NCBI RefSeq assembly: GCF_044704955.1
Contig: NC_091983.1
Location: 199,330,001-199,394,000 of the forward strand
Source: Pristiophorus japonicus
Lineage: Eukaryota
Direction: 5' to 3'
DNA length: 64,000 bases
The translations under genes and the position numbers were made by a program. Shown piece by piece: positions 11,942-23,744 of this stretch (position 1 is its first letter; each line of letters starts with the position of its first letter). The notes beneath the pieces are model-generated. The model searched no databases. It saw nothing but the letters and a program-made list of their open reading frames with translations, and was not told the origin of the DNA.

Positions 11942-13462
11942 GGGCCCAAGTTTCGAGCTGCGCCTAGAACGGCGCAGTCCCAACCTGGACGCCCGTTTTT
12001 CGCGCCACAAAGTGCGCCTAAAAAAAACTTCCAGATTCTCCAGCTCCCTGCAGGTTGTTTGCAGCTCGGCGCAGCGCAGCAGGAGCTGTAGGGGGCGGAG
12101 CCAGGTCCCTGCGCTGAAAACAGTGCCGGGACCTCTGCACATGCACGCTACAGTGGGCGCGCATGTGCAGTAGCTCCAGACACCCAAAATTGTGTGGGAG
12201 GGGCCGAAGCACGCAGCCCCTAGCCCTGGCCGAATGGCCTCACTGGGGCTGCGTGAATAAGGCTCCTCCCACGGCCAGCTCTTGCTTCCTCCCGACCCCG
12301 ACCCCGCTCCCGGACCGGACCCCGACACCCGCTCCCACCCCCGGACTGGACCCGACCCGACCCCCCGGACTGCACCCGACCCGACTCCCGCTTTCCCCGC
12401 CCCCGGACCTGACTCCCGCTTCCCCGCCCCCGGACTGGACCCGACCTGACCTCCCTCCCCCCGACCTGACCCGAACCGACCTCCCTCCCACCACCCCCCC
12501 GACCCGCGCTCCCCCCGACCTGACCTAACGCCACCTACCTGTAAATCTGGTGCTGGGGACGGCCCTGCCCAAAGTCTCGGGCCCAGCCGAGCCCGGCCCG
12601 TTCAGCCTCCCTCCCCCTTCTCCTTCCCCCCCTCTTCTCCTTTCTCCCCTTTCTTCCCCCCCCTTTCCCCTCCTTCTCCTTTCCTCCCCCCTCTTCCTCT
12701 GCTCCCCCCTTCCCTCCCTCTGCTCTCCCCACTTCCCTCCCTCTGCTCCCCCCCCCTACCCTCCCTCTGCTCCCCCCCTCCCCTCGCTGTCAGAAACACA
12801 GACACTGACAGAGAGTGAGAGACACACACAGACAGACAGACAGACAGACAGACAGAGAGATAGAGACACTGACAGAGACACACTGGGAGCGGGGCGGGGG
12901 GGGGGGGGGGGGGGGGGGGAAGGGGACCATCCCCAGCACGCTGTTGGAGGGCTCCCAGTGCTGCAGTCAGTAAGTAGAAAATGTTTTATTTATTGATTGT
13001 TTTAAAAATTATTTCTTATTAATTTTTTTTGATTGATTTATTGATGTTTTTATCATTTATTATTGATGATGGTTCTTTGTTTGTAAAACTGAAGTGTTTA
13101 ATGTTTGTAAGCTTCCCTTTAAACCCCCCGCCCCCCATTCCCTACGCCTGATTTGTAGCCTGATTTGTAATCTACGCCTGATTTTCTAAAGTGTAGACAA
13201 GGTTTTTTTGAGCGTACAAAAATCTTCACTTGCTCCATTCTATGTTAGTTTGGAGTAAGTTTTCACTGACGAAACTTTGAAAACAGGCGTAAGTGGCCGA
13301 ACTCGCCCCCTTTTGAAAAAAAAATTCTGTTCCAAAGTGAAACTGTTCTAACTGACTAGAACTGGAGCAAACTAAATGGCGAGAATTCCGATTTCTAAGA
13401 TACTCCGTTCTACACCAGTTGCTCCTAAAAATCAGGAGCAAATCATGTCGAAACTTGGGGCC
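11942..13462 (+). mobile_element. Non-autonomous Harbinger-type element, intact
   Basis: TIR GGGCCCAAGTTTCG / CGAAACTTGGGGCC, flanks TAT/TTT; C-rich tandem core; sister of 1379-6065. Confidence 0.9.
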
Positions 13463-13533
13463 TTTGTGTTTATCATTCTTTCTGTGAGGAACTCTCTGAA
13501 GTGACATCGAAGTTGTGTTTTAAAAGTACTCAC

Positions 13534-13663
13534 CTCTGCAATCATTCGGTTAGTATCTCCCAAGAACAGCAGGTTGAGGGATTCTTCCTCATTGTTCGCC
13601 TGGTGAAGAGAGAGATTCCTAAGGTGAATGTGCTGGTCGGCATCTTCCATAATGGTCACCTTG
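13534..13663 (-). CDS. KIF6: Internal coding exon (130 bp) of kinesin family member 6, motor domain
   Basis: Encodes (P)KVTIMEDADQHIHLRNLSLHQANNEEESLNLLFLGDTNRMIAE, matching KIF6 PKVTILEDPDQNIHLKNLTLHQATTEEEALNLLFLGDTNRMIAE; acceptor ..catccatcag|C and donor GAG|gtgagt. Confidence 0.93.
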
Positions 13664-14149
13664 CTGATGGATGGAAATAAATACCATCAAAATAAAACAC
13701 TATGTAACTTTATACTAGAAACTGAGAGCTGTAACCAAACATTTTTACATTGGTCATACTGCACTGGAATAACTTTAAATCATTGGCATTTATGCCGCAG
13801 CAAACAGTGAAGTGACCAGAAAACTGCACCCCAACAGTGTGGAGCGTAAGCCGACTGAAAAACAGGATTTAAAAAAAATCAGACTCTCATCACTGAACCC
13901 ACCTACACTTTTAAAGGTTAATAAGGTATAAAACTAGTTAAGAACTGGGCGTGCATAGCAAGATGATCAGGATCTGAAAGAGAAGGAGATTCTGTTTTAA
14001 TTCTTGAAAAGCTTTCCGATGAAGGGTTTCAGGCCAAACATTAGCCTTTATGGATGTTGACTGGGCTGCTGTGTATTTTCTACTTTTTCTGCTGTTATGT
14101 CAGATTTCAAATTTCAAGGTTTGCTTACTGATTCACCACCCCCTTCTGG

Positions 14150-14510
14150 CAAGTGTCTCCTCGGCTCAGTTCATAGCACTGAAAATCAGTGGGTTCAACC
14201 CCACTCCAGGACTTGAAAACAGAATCTAGGCTCACACTTCAGTGCCGTTCTGAGTGAATGACAACCTTTTGATGTTGCTATCCTTCTGTTGAGGTCCTGT
14301 CAGCCTCTTCTGGTGATTCAGATGGATGCAAATGATCCCATGAGACTCTTTGAAGAAGAGCAGAGGGTTTTCCTAATGTCCTGGTCAGCATTACTTCCTC
14401 TGCCAACACCACTAAAAACAGATCAATTGGTCATTCATTTCATTTGCTATTTGTGAGCCCTTACTACGTGCAAATTAGCTGCTGTGTTATCCACTTAAGT
14501 GACTGCATTT
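14150..14510 (+). mobile_element. tRNA-derived Deu-domain SINE (SacSINE1-like), diverged
   Basis: Homologous to 45311-45762; B-box-like GGTTCAACCCC. Confidence 0.7.
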
Positions 14511-15827
14511 CAACAACAACAACATTGTATTTATATAGCGCCTTTAACATAGTAAAATGTCCCAAGGCATTCACAGGAGTATTCGGAGATAAAAAAAGGG
14601 CAGCGTCAGTGGAGAGAGAGAGAAACAGGGTTAAACATTTCAGGTCGATGACCTTTCGTGGAATTATTTCACACAAGTAAGCAATTTCCTTTTTTTTTCA
14701 TTGCAGATTAATCCAAGTCACCAATCAAGCGCAGGAAGGAGCATCTTATTATGCAATAGTTCAAGCAGTTTTAGAATGCGTCTCACCCGGCAATTTTTTT
14801 TGAGCTGCCTAAAATTTATTTCAAAGTAAAGTGTTGGATATTAAGTACTTTAGGACATTCTGAACTATGTGGTAAGATGTTATATAAATGCAAGTTCTTT
14901 ATGCTTTCTCTTGCTTTATTTTACTGGTTACCGAATCAATCTACTTCTTGAGTGGTAGTTGTTGTACTTGGCTGCTCTTTGTTCAATAGAAAAAGAGCCC
15001 TACCGGCTCAGTTACAATTTGGTTCTCTTTTATATAATACTTGAGGCAATCAGGTACAGGTGTGTTATGCACGTTGCATGTGTAATCCTTTCAAACATGA
15101 CATTTTCTAAGTGTGACAGGCACATGCAAGACACAAGACTTAATATATGGATAGATTCTCACAATGTGAGATCAGGATTGCCCTTCTATTTTGACACTGT
15201 TAACATCGTAGAAGAGGGAACACCATGATAACATCTATGACCAGCGGACAGCCTTAACAGATAGTATGCATCGTTCCTTACAAATATTCTAAATGACAAC
15301 AGAATAAACCAAAGCTATTTCTCAGAAATTTTACTATTTTATCACACCTGTTTATTTTCACACTATAAATTATTGCAAATTGCAGCTTTAAGAGAGCTGA
15401 AGATTTTTGCTTATAGGTCAAGAACAAGGCAAGCGACTGTCACAGCAAACTGTAGCTCCAACCTGCTAGGTCACACAGTGCAACAGACCATGGGATTCAC
15501 AACTGTTATTCAAAACTTAATTTGTTCCTGTTCTTGTACATACCTTCAGAAGTAGATGTTAAGAAAATAGCAAGCTTCCATAAAGGAAATTGGAAAATTA
15601 TGGGTCACATCACCATGGGATACCTCCATACAAGGTATGGGAATGAGGCAGATATACGGCAAATGCAACTCAACAGAGATAAATGTGTTAGATTTTGGGA
15701 AAGAGAGAATGCTAATATGCATCAAATAGTAAAATTCTCAATGCAGAGAAATGGAGATGTAGGAATGAAGATCTTTAAAAGTAAATCTGCAGGTAAACTA
15801 TGCTGTATACGTGATTCTGGTTTTATG

Positions 15828-16480
15828 TCATCATCATCATCATAGGTAGTCCCTCGAATCGAGGATGACATGCTTCCACATCAAGAAGTTCACAGGTGTT
15901 TCAATGAAGGGCCTAAATTCCAGGTCCCAAACTAAATCTTGAAGGGTGGAAGATGCCTGTGCATGGATTTTTTTTTTTAACATGTGGTGGCCGTTGCACA
16001 CCAGCCACCACACGGGCTTGATAGAGCTAGGTCTTGGTCCAGTAGCAAGGATTAACAAAGACGACTGGAGATCAGCTCTGCTGCATGGACCTAGTGTGCA
16101 CACATATCGCAGAATGGGCTGACTCGTGCTGCCCCTGGGCCCTCGCCTTTCATGGGCCCCGAACTCACGCCTCTCCTGGGCCCCGATCACGTCCCTCTAC
16201 AATCTCTCGCCGCTCCTTCGCCCCGACCTCGCCGCTCCTGCTGTACCTGCCCACGCTCCAATCACCGACCTGGATCTTGGTGACGTCCCTTTTCACTGCT
16301 GATGCTCTCCTGCTCCAGCACGTGCTGCTCCCTGGAATGGTATGCCGCCACGCTGTCCTTCCATTCCCCGGCCTGCTCCGATAATACTCGCAGGCCGGGG
16401 GCCGCTCAGCCTGCTGTGCCAGGCCTCCACTCCGCTCCTTCCGGTCCCCAGCCTGCTCCAATGGTGCTCGCAGGCCGGGG
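15828..16480 (-). mobile_element. Non-autonomous RTE-tailed element (bipartite SINE-like)
   Basis: (CAT)n + AGGTAGTCCCTCGAATCGAGGATGAC tail is shared with the RTE at 20358; body matches 23745-24200 and 63258-63826; no RT. Confidence 0.8.
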
Positions 16481-16509
16481 TGCAACAGTTTATTGGTTGA
16501 ACGGCTGCA

Positions 16510-17055
16510 CTGGTTTTATGTAAAGGGGCACTGAATGCAAAATCAAAATGATTATGAATCCATACAAGATATTGGTTAGGCCATAGTCAAGAGTACTGTG
16601 ACAGACTTGGAAAACTAGGGCAGTATACACAAGTAGAAAAAGGTGAAGGGAGATCTAAGAGAGCTGTCCAAAATTATGAAAGGGTTTGAGAAGGTAAGTA
16701 GTGAATGACTATATCCACTGATCAGTTTGTCAGGAAAAAGGAGGCATAAAATTAGAAATAGTACTGGAAGTATCAAGGGAAAGGTTAGCAGAATATTTTT
16801 CAAACACTGATTATTGCAATATTGAATATTGAATATATTACCACAAGTGGCAACTGAAGCCGAGTCAATCACAGCATTTATGAGGGAGTTAGATAAACAC
16901 CTGGATAAGAAAAATAAATGATGCAGAGAAAACATCCTTTTCCCTACAGTGAAAGATCAAGAAAATGGGATTAGAGCGTGTGTTTGGAGCTAGCACCAGT
17001 GCAGGCACAATGGACTGCAATGGCTTCCTACCATGATTGAATGTCTATGATCCTA
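16510..17055 (+). mobile_element. Old CR1 3' fragment
   Basis: Decayed YK.LVRP..EYC and KIMKGFEKV coding remnants plus a CR1-type tail. Confidence 0.6.
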
Positions 17056-17899
17056 CAATACACCTCCTAGCGGTCTTTTCGATATCAGCAATGAAAGAGG
17101 CTTAGGATACGCTCAAGTGTCTTCCAGAACATTTTATTCATGCACAAGCTGTATGCAACAAAATATTAGCAACAGATTTCTCTTACACAATTTCTTGCAG
17201 GGTTTTTACTATTACGGGAGTATTTTATATGGTTATTACTCTTAATGTGTGTAATCTTGTAGACTGCTGAAAATATAGATGCAGTGCAATTTGTACTCCA
17301 TGTGTGATCTTGCCAGTTGACTTATTTGTTTTCAGTTTAAAATCACCTAGCAGAGATTCATTTAAGTGTACCACATAGGAAAATAGATTATTCAGTACCA
17401 ACTTCCAAATGCTGTGAACAGAACCTCTCTAAAGACCACTAACTGCAAGTTCATATTCACTAACACTTTCCAATTAACCTGAAACCACTTTACTGAAGAT
17501 TAATCAACATTGAGCCTTCATAACAATTTCTTCTAAATAAGTTCTTTACACTTGAGAAATTGACCACAATTTATCCTAAACAGTAACTTTTGATTTTGCT
17601 TTTCCCCTTTATGGTACGGATTAGTACCAGCATGCCAAAAATTACAGCATTAAAAGAAATAACTGATCTCCTGTGGCATTACTCATGGGTGGTTTGGAGT
17701 TTGGAGCTGCGAAGATGGAGCAGTGATTTAACCTGGCCAGTTCCCTTTAAGGCCACTGCTCAAGTACTCCCCTATAGGGAAGAGAGCTGATTAGGTAAGT
17801 CTTGGAATAATTAAAGGCTAATTCTCAAGAGGTGTTTCTGTAGATTGGCAGCTACTTGGAATTATTTGGCTCCTGCCCTTGAGCTGAGGCCAGGTTATC

Positions 17900-19389
17900 G
17901 GCCCAAATTTTCCTGCAACGAGATCGCCGACATACACCGTAGATCTCACTGATCACAATTTACTCCAAAATCTGCTCGAAAAATAATTAGAATACGTGAT
18001 AGCGAGCATAGTAGCGAATCAGAAGAAGCACACAAAGTAATCAAATGAATGCCTCTCACGACGCAAACAGAAATTAATCAGATCAATAATTCGCACACCG
18101 GTCAGTAAAATGTACTTAAAGGCTCACGGTGTATGGTTTGTGGATTAAATAAACTCCATCAATTGCTCAGATTCTGACACAGATAACTGCCCGAAATACC
18201 GACAGCTCTATTCACCTTTGTTATTCAAGTCCATCCAGGGAATTTAATTTATCGATATGAAACTGCAATACTCTGCACAGGGAGCTGATTTTATTAACAC
18301 TGAAATCTGATGGTGCCCCTCACGACTTAATTCGCTCCAATTACAGTTGAACTATGAAACATTTTTGAAACATTTAAAACATGCCTGGTTTTAAAAAGAT
18401 TAGGATTTAAACTTTACATTATTGGAAATTCATTGCAATATAAGAACATAAGAATTAGGAACAGGAGTAGGCCATCAAGCCCCTCGAGCCTGCTCCGCCA
18501 TTCAACAAGATCATGGCTGATCTGGCCGTGGACTCAGCTCCACTTACCCGCCCGCTCCCCATAACCTTTAATTCCCTTATTGGTTAAAAATCTACCTATC
18601 TGTGATTTGAATACATTCAATGAGCTAGCCTCAACTGCTTCCCTGGACAGAGAAGTCCACAAATTCACAACCCTCTGGGAGAAGAAATTCCTTCTCAACT
18701 CGGTTTTAAATTGGCTCCCCGTATTTTGAGGCTGTGCCCCCTAGTTCTAGTCTCCCCGACCAGTGGAAACAACCTCTCTGCCTCTATCTTGTCTATCCCT
18801 TTCATTATTTTAAATGTTTCTATAAGATCACCCCTCATCCTTCTGAACTCCAACGAGTAAAGACTCAGTCTACTCAATCTATCATCATAAGGTAACCCCC
18901 TCATCTCCGGAATCAGTCTAGTGAATCGTCTCTGTACCCCCTCCAAAGCTAGTATATCCTTCCTTAAGTAAGGTGACCAAAACTGCATGCAGTACTCCAG
19001 GTGCGGCCTCACCAATACCCTGTACAGTTGCAGCATGCAATGGATCTGAATGGGAAGTTGCAATTGCATTCTTGGATCAGGTAGTAAACCTGATCAACTA
19101 TATTCAGAAAACCGGACACTGCTGGTACTCTACTGTGCATCTTTTGGGTTTTTTGTTAATTTCTCTCTTTCTGTATATAACTTAAAGGTTCTAGAGTTCA
19201 GGCCCACGTATTGTGCCGCGGAGCTTGAACCTCCAGCCTTCTAACTCGGAGGTGAGGATATTTTGAAAATGTATTCATTCCAACTCTTGTTGATGGCATA
19301 AATCACTTACTTCATCATTTCCTCTTCCTTTTGCGGCATTCAAGGGTCCCTACGCCGTAGATGCACAAGTCCCCAGGAAAATCTGGGCC
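17900..19389. mobile_element. Non-autonomous Harbinger-type element (different family), with nested CR1
   Basis: TIR GGCCCAAATTTTCCTG / CAGGAAAATCTGGGCC (15/16), perfect 3-bp TSD ATC/ATC. Confidence 0.8.
18443..19036 (-). mobile_element. CR1 LINE 3' end
   Basis: ORF 18695-19069 LQLYRVLVRPHLEYCMQFWSP; near-identical to 50985-51580. Confidence 0.92.
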
Positions 19390-20403
19390 ATCAAGTTCAG
19401 AAGCACAAGCAAGAAATTACATTTTTTTTAAGTATAATTTTAACGCTTTGATTCGTAGCAGATGAAGACTAGGCACAGTAACTCAGAGCATGTGCTGATT
19501 CATAGTAACAGGAGTGTTGTACCATGTAACTTTAATCTTAAACAGCAGCATGTTTTAAAGTGTTGGTATTCCGCTTCTCCCAGCCCAAGGATGTTTCCAG
19601 CTGGTTACTGTAACAGCTGCTCATACATTCGTTAAGGGTTCCACTTACCATCATTTAATCCAAACAGGATTTCAAACTAGTATCTACTGTACAACTAGCT
19701 GTTACATAGAAATCACCTTCAATATGAATTTGGGATGAAGTGAGATGAAAGAGGCAGAGCATGCCGATTTTAAAACTGGCCACTGGTTAAAATATCCTTT
19801 TTCTCTGACTCTCCTTCCCTTTATACAAGGCTTCTATACGTCTCAGAGTTTCTACCTTTCTCATTTTCTTTGTCTTTCATTCTCACACACATACTCTCTT
19901 TCTGAAACAAAAATAAGCTTTTGATAATACTTCTCCTGTGAAAAATGTTTCTCACCTCAAAAATGTTTCATAGTTCATACATTATTTATTTTGAAGGCAA
20001 TTGGGGAAAAAAAACCAAACAGATTTATTGCTGTAGCCTCTAGCTTTGGGTTGTAATGCAAAGATTAATTTACAAAAATTACAGTGATGCAGGCTGAGGG
20101 ATTTCACCAGTCTTTCTGCTCAGATGGTTAATAAGTAAGTCTCTTCAACTTAGTGATTGCTGTGGCAAAAATATTGACCTAAAGGATTCTATTAGAAACA
20201 TAGGCCTCAGAATGAAAACATTCTTAAAATACATTTTTAACACAGAACATTCTATTTTGTAGGTAATTTTGAACATTCTCATGTGAATAGACACAAAAAA
20301 ATATTGAAAAATTATGTTGCAATCTTAATTTCCAGTTGTAAGATTCTCATTCAGTGAGATCATCATAGGCAGTCCCTTGAAATCGAAGAAGACTTGCTTC
20401 TTC

Positions 20404-22067
20404 GGGCTCAAAATTGGCCAGGAGTTGGACATTTTTTTGATTTTTCTGGAGTATCTTAAAAATCCACATTTTGCACATTCAATTTGCGCCAGTGTAAGTG
20501 AGTTAGTTAGGATTTTTTTTTAAGTTTAGTTTAGTTTTTTTCAAAAGGGGGCGTTACCAGCCACCTAGCCCGTTTTGGCCATTTAGGACACTTTGGCCAG
20601 CTAATAGTTACTCCAAACTAACTTAGGCCAGTGTATGTGGCCACTTGTGAAAACCCTTGCGGAGAGTTAAGAAATCAGTGCAGGTAGGTACATCGGAGGC
20701 CAGCAGAACTTAATGACTTGACTAAAGAATGTGAATAGGATCAAACAGCTATACAGGACATCATACGACAAACTTCGCAAAGTTAATTTACTATACAACA
20801 GAAGCATTCATGGAAACTTAAACTACAAAAATAAAACAAGTAAAAGATAGTTGAATTAAATTGCCCTAATCTCTCAACTAATTTAAACAACTATTTGTTT
20901 GCAATGATTACACTGGGCCAAGATCGAGCCCATATTATCTAAATAAAGTCTACTTCAATAAATAAGATATTCTCTCAGTGTTCCTCTGTCACTTATGTTC
21001 TTCTTTCACAATAGCACCAGGTAAATAGGTTTGACAAATGGTCACCACTATTCACGAGACAAAACATATTTACATAATTTTTTCAAAATATCCAAATAAA
21101 AAATATAAGTCCTACCCTACCTTCATCCTCAGTCCGCGAAGACAGCAGGCTAGCCTGTGCGGTAGAAATCATAGAATGGTTACCGCACGGAAGGCCTGAT
21201 CGAACCCATGCCGAATTAGAAACACTGACAGCAGCCAGTGACAATCAATCAAACCAAATGAAGATCCAGAATGGGGATTGCTTCTGAATGAATCCTCCCG
21301 GCGATGCAGATTTCAGTCCCAGGGATCTTCACTTCGGGATCAGCCTCAGGCCTGGGCTGATGAGTTCGAGGATGATTCTCCTTTTTCAGCAGGATTTGCT
21401 GGGCTGTATCCAGATTTCTTCTCTCCTTCTCTCTTCTTCCACATAACGCCACCGATGACCAGAGCAATCAGGGTGACGACAGCAATCACAATCCAACAAT
21501 CAAACAGAGATTTGTTCCCTTTGGAAATCCTGGAGTCACTCGGAATGTCCCGTCCCAGTCTCGATTCTTCACTCCTGTGTTGTCACTCTGCTCATACTGA
21601 CAGGAATAGGTGTCTCCATCTCGGATTCAATCTCAGCCCATCTCGTCAGCTGGTAGGTTCCGTCGTGGTTGGGCAGGATGCCACTGGATTCTGTGTCCCT
21701 GATCGGCTCGCGATTTCTCAGGAGGGTGACTTCGATATCACGAGGGTAAAAGGCCGTGACGAGGCAGGAGAGTTGGGTCGGTTTAATATTTGGCCACTCG
21801 GTCTGGGATAGGGGCAGGACACACACAGAGATGCATTGGAGCTACTGCGCACACACTCCAACGCGCATGTGCAGATGTCCCGGCACTGTTTTCAGTGCGG
21901 GATGCTGGCTCCGCTCACGACTCGACTGGCCACACTGCATGAAGACCTGGGAGAGGCAGGACAGCGACCAAAGTCGAGACATCTTTTTTCGGCGCGCTTG
22001 GAAACGTAGAAAAGCTGTGCAACTCGGGTGAATGCGCCAAAAATCAGCATGGGCCAATTTTGAGCCC
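20404..22067 (-). mobile_element. Non-autonomous Harbinger-type element carrying an MHC class I retrocopy
   Basis: Perfect 16-bp TIR GGGCTCAAAATTGGCC / GGCCAATTTTGAGCCC; both arms homologous to 61786-62620 and, in reverse, to 46055-46989. Confidence 0.88.
21164..21778 (-). pseudogene. Processed (intronless) MHC class I heavy-chain fragment: alpha3 C1-Ig + TM + cytoplasmic tail + 3'UTR + CR1 tail
   Basis: TQLSCLVTAFYPRDIEVTLLRNREPIRDTESSGILPNHDGTYQLTRWAEIES / fs / DGDTYSCQYEQSDNTGVKNRDWDGTFRVTPGFPKGTNLCLIVG / fs / IVIAVVTLIALVIGGVMWKKREGEKKSGYSPANPAEKGESSSNSSAQA*, stop at 21346-21348. Confidence 0.9.
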
Positions 22068-23744
22068 TAAAAGTGAGTTCTTAGGTGACTCAACAGTCCA
22101 ATACGGAAATTACAGTCTCTTGTCAGAGGCGGGACAGACAATCGTTGAAGGAAAGGGTGGGTGGGACTAGCTTGCCACACGCTTCTTCTGTTGCCTGCAC
22201 TTGGTTTCTGCATCCTCTCTCCGACGAGACTCGAGGTGCTCAGTGCCCTCCCAGATGCACTTCTTCCATTTAGGGCAGTCTTTGACCAGGGACTCCCAGG
22301 TGTCGGTGGGGATGTCGCATTTTTATCAGGCGACTTTGAGGATGTCCTTGAAACATTTCCTCTGACCACCTTGGGCTCGCTTACCGTGTAGGAGTAGAGC
22401 GCTTGCTTTGGGAGTCTTGTGTCAGGCATGCGAACAATGTGGCCCCGCCCAACGGAGCTGGTCAAGTGTGGTCAATGCTTTATTGCTGGGGATGTTGGCC
22501 TGATCGAGGACACTAATGTTGGTGTGTCTCTCCTCCCAGGGAATTTGCAGGATCTTGTGGAGACATCATTGGTGGTATTTCTCCAGCGATTTGAGGTGTC
22601 TACTATATATGGTCCACGTCTCTGAGCCATATAGGAGGGCAACTACAGAGGAATCTCCCCGTTATCAACCATTGGGAAAGTCATCGCTATGGATCCTCCG
22701 CAACTGCTTTTCCCCTGTGGCTGAGGAGCTCCTCCTGGAGTCACAGTGTGGATTTCGTCCTCTATGGGGTACAAGATTTTTACAGCGCGACAACTGTAAG
22801 AAAAATGCAGGGAACAGCACCAATCCTTGTACATGGCCTTCTTCGACCTTACAAAGGCCTTTGACACTGTCAACCGCGAGGGACGATGGAGCATCCTCCT
22901 CTGTTTCGGCTGCCCCAAATGTTCGTCACCAGCCTCTGCCTGCTCCACGACACATGCAAGCCGTGATCCTGACCAACGGATCCATCACAGATTCAATCCA
23001 CGTCCAGACCAGGGTCAAGCAGGGCTGTGTCATTGCCCAATCCTCTTCTCGATCTTCCTCGCTGCAATACTCCACCTCATACTCAACAAGCACCCTGCTG
23101 GAGTGGAACTAAACTACAGAACCAGTGGGAACCTGTTCATTCAGTGATAGTTGGGATGGTGGCTGACAGAATATTCAAAAATAAAGTGATTTGATTGGTT
23201 CATTTTCTCCTTTATTTTATTGGTAGCCTTCGCCGAAGGCCCATTTTTCATTTGTAGCTTTTTTTTTATAACTTCATGATTGGTGTTTCTCATTCTCGCT
23301 TGTTGTTTGCTTATTTGTACATCTCCTACCTCTTTAGCGGCACCCACCCGACCAGTGAGAGAACACCATCAGCAGCAGGTGGGGACAAAAGCAGGAGCTA
23401 GCCACCGCAGGAGGCAGTGCAAGCCATTCTAGGAGGGCGACGGATTCGAAGAGGGCGACTGCATTGACGTCACGAAAAACCAGGTAGACGACTGGAGCGT
23501 GGACGGGGGTGACTGAGGGAGACGCGGCTCACTCGGCCCGGTGCTGTGGCTGTTACTGACCCTGGACCCGCTCCCTGCACGGCAGTTTGGTTAGAAGAAG
23601 GTGGGTTGGGACATGGATCCCATGTTTTATCCTGAAGCTATTTCAGACGACGCAAGTTCCAGTTCTGCGCCAATATCTGTACGCAGCTACTTGAGAAAAA
23701 CGCGTATGACCAGGATAAAGTTCAGTGAGTGATCGGTGAGGTAA

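Larger units (their letters stand above)
20358..23136 (-). mobile_element. RTE LINE with 5' inversion (tail 20358-20403 and 22068-22640 on minus; inverted part 22641-23136 on plus)
   Basis: 11-bp TSD TCATTCAGTGA at 20347-20357 and 23137-23147; minus strand GHIVRMPDTRLPKQALY..RIGLLSHLRTHF; plus strand GNYRGIS..QCGFRP..LTKAFDTV..GNLF. Confidence 0.88.

Noticed and set aside
19190-19260. Possible tRNA gene
   Set aside because: Only a B-box-like fragment of a tRNA-derived SINE head; no cloverleaf.
21164-21778. A functional MHC class I locus, or evidence that this window is in the MHC
   Set aside because: No alpha1/alpha2 exons or leader, two frameshifts, no introns, and the fragment is embedded in transposons; it says nothing about MHC linkage.
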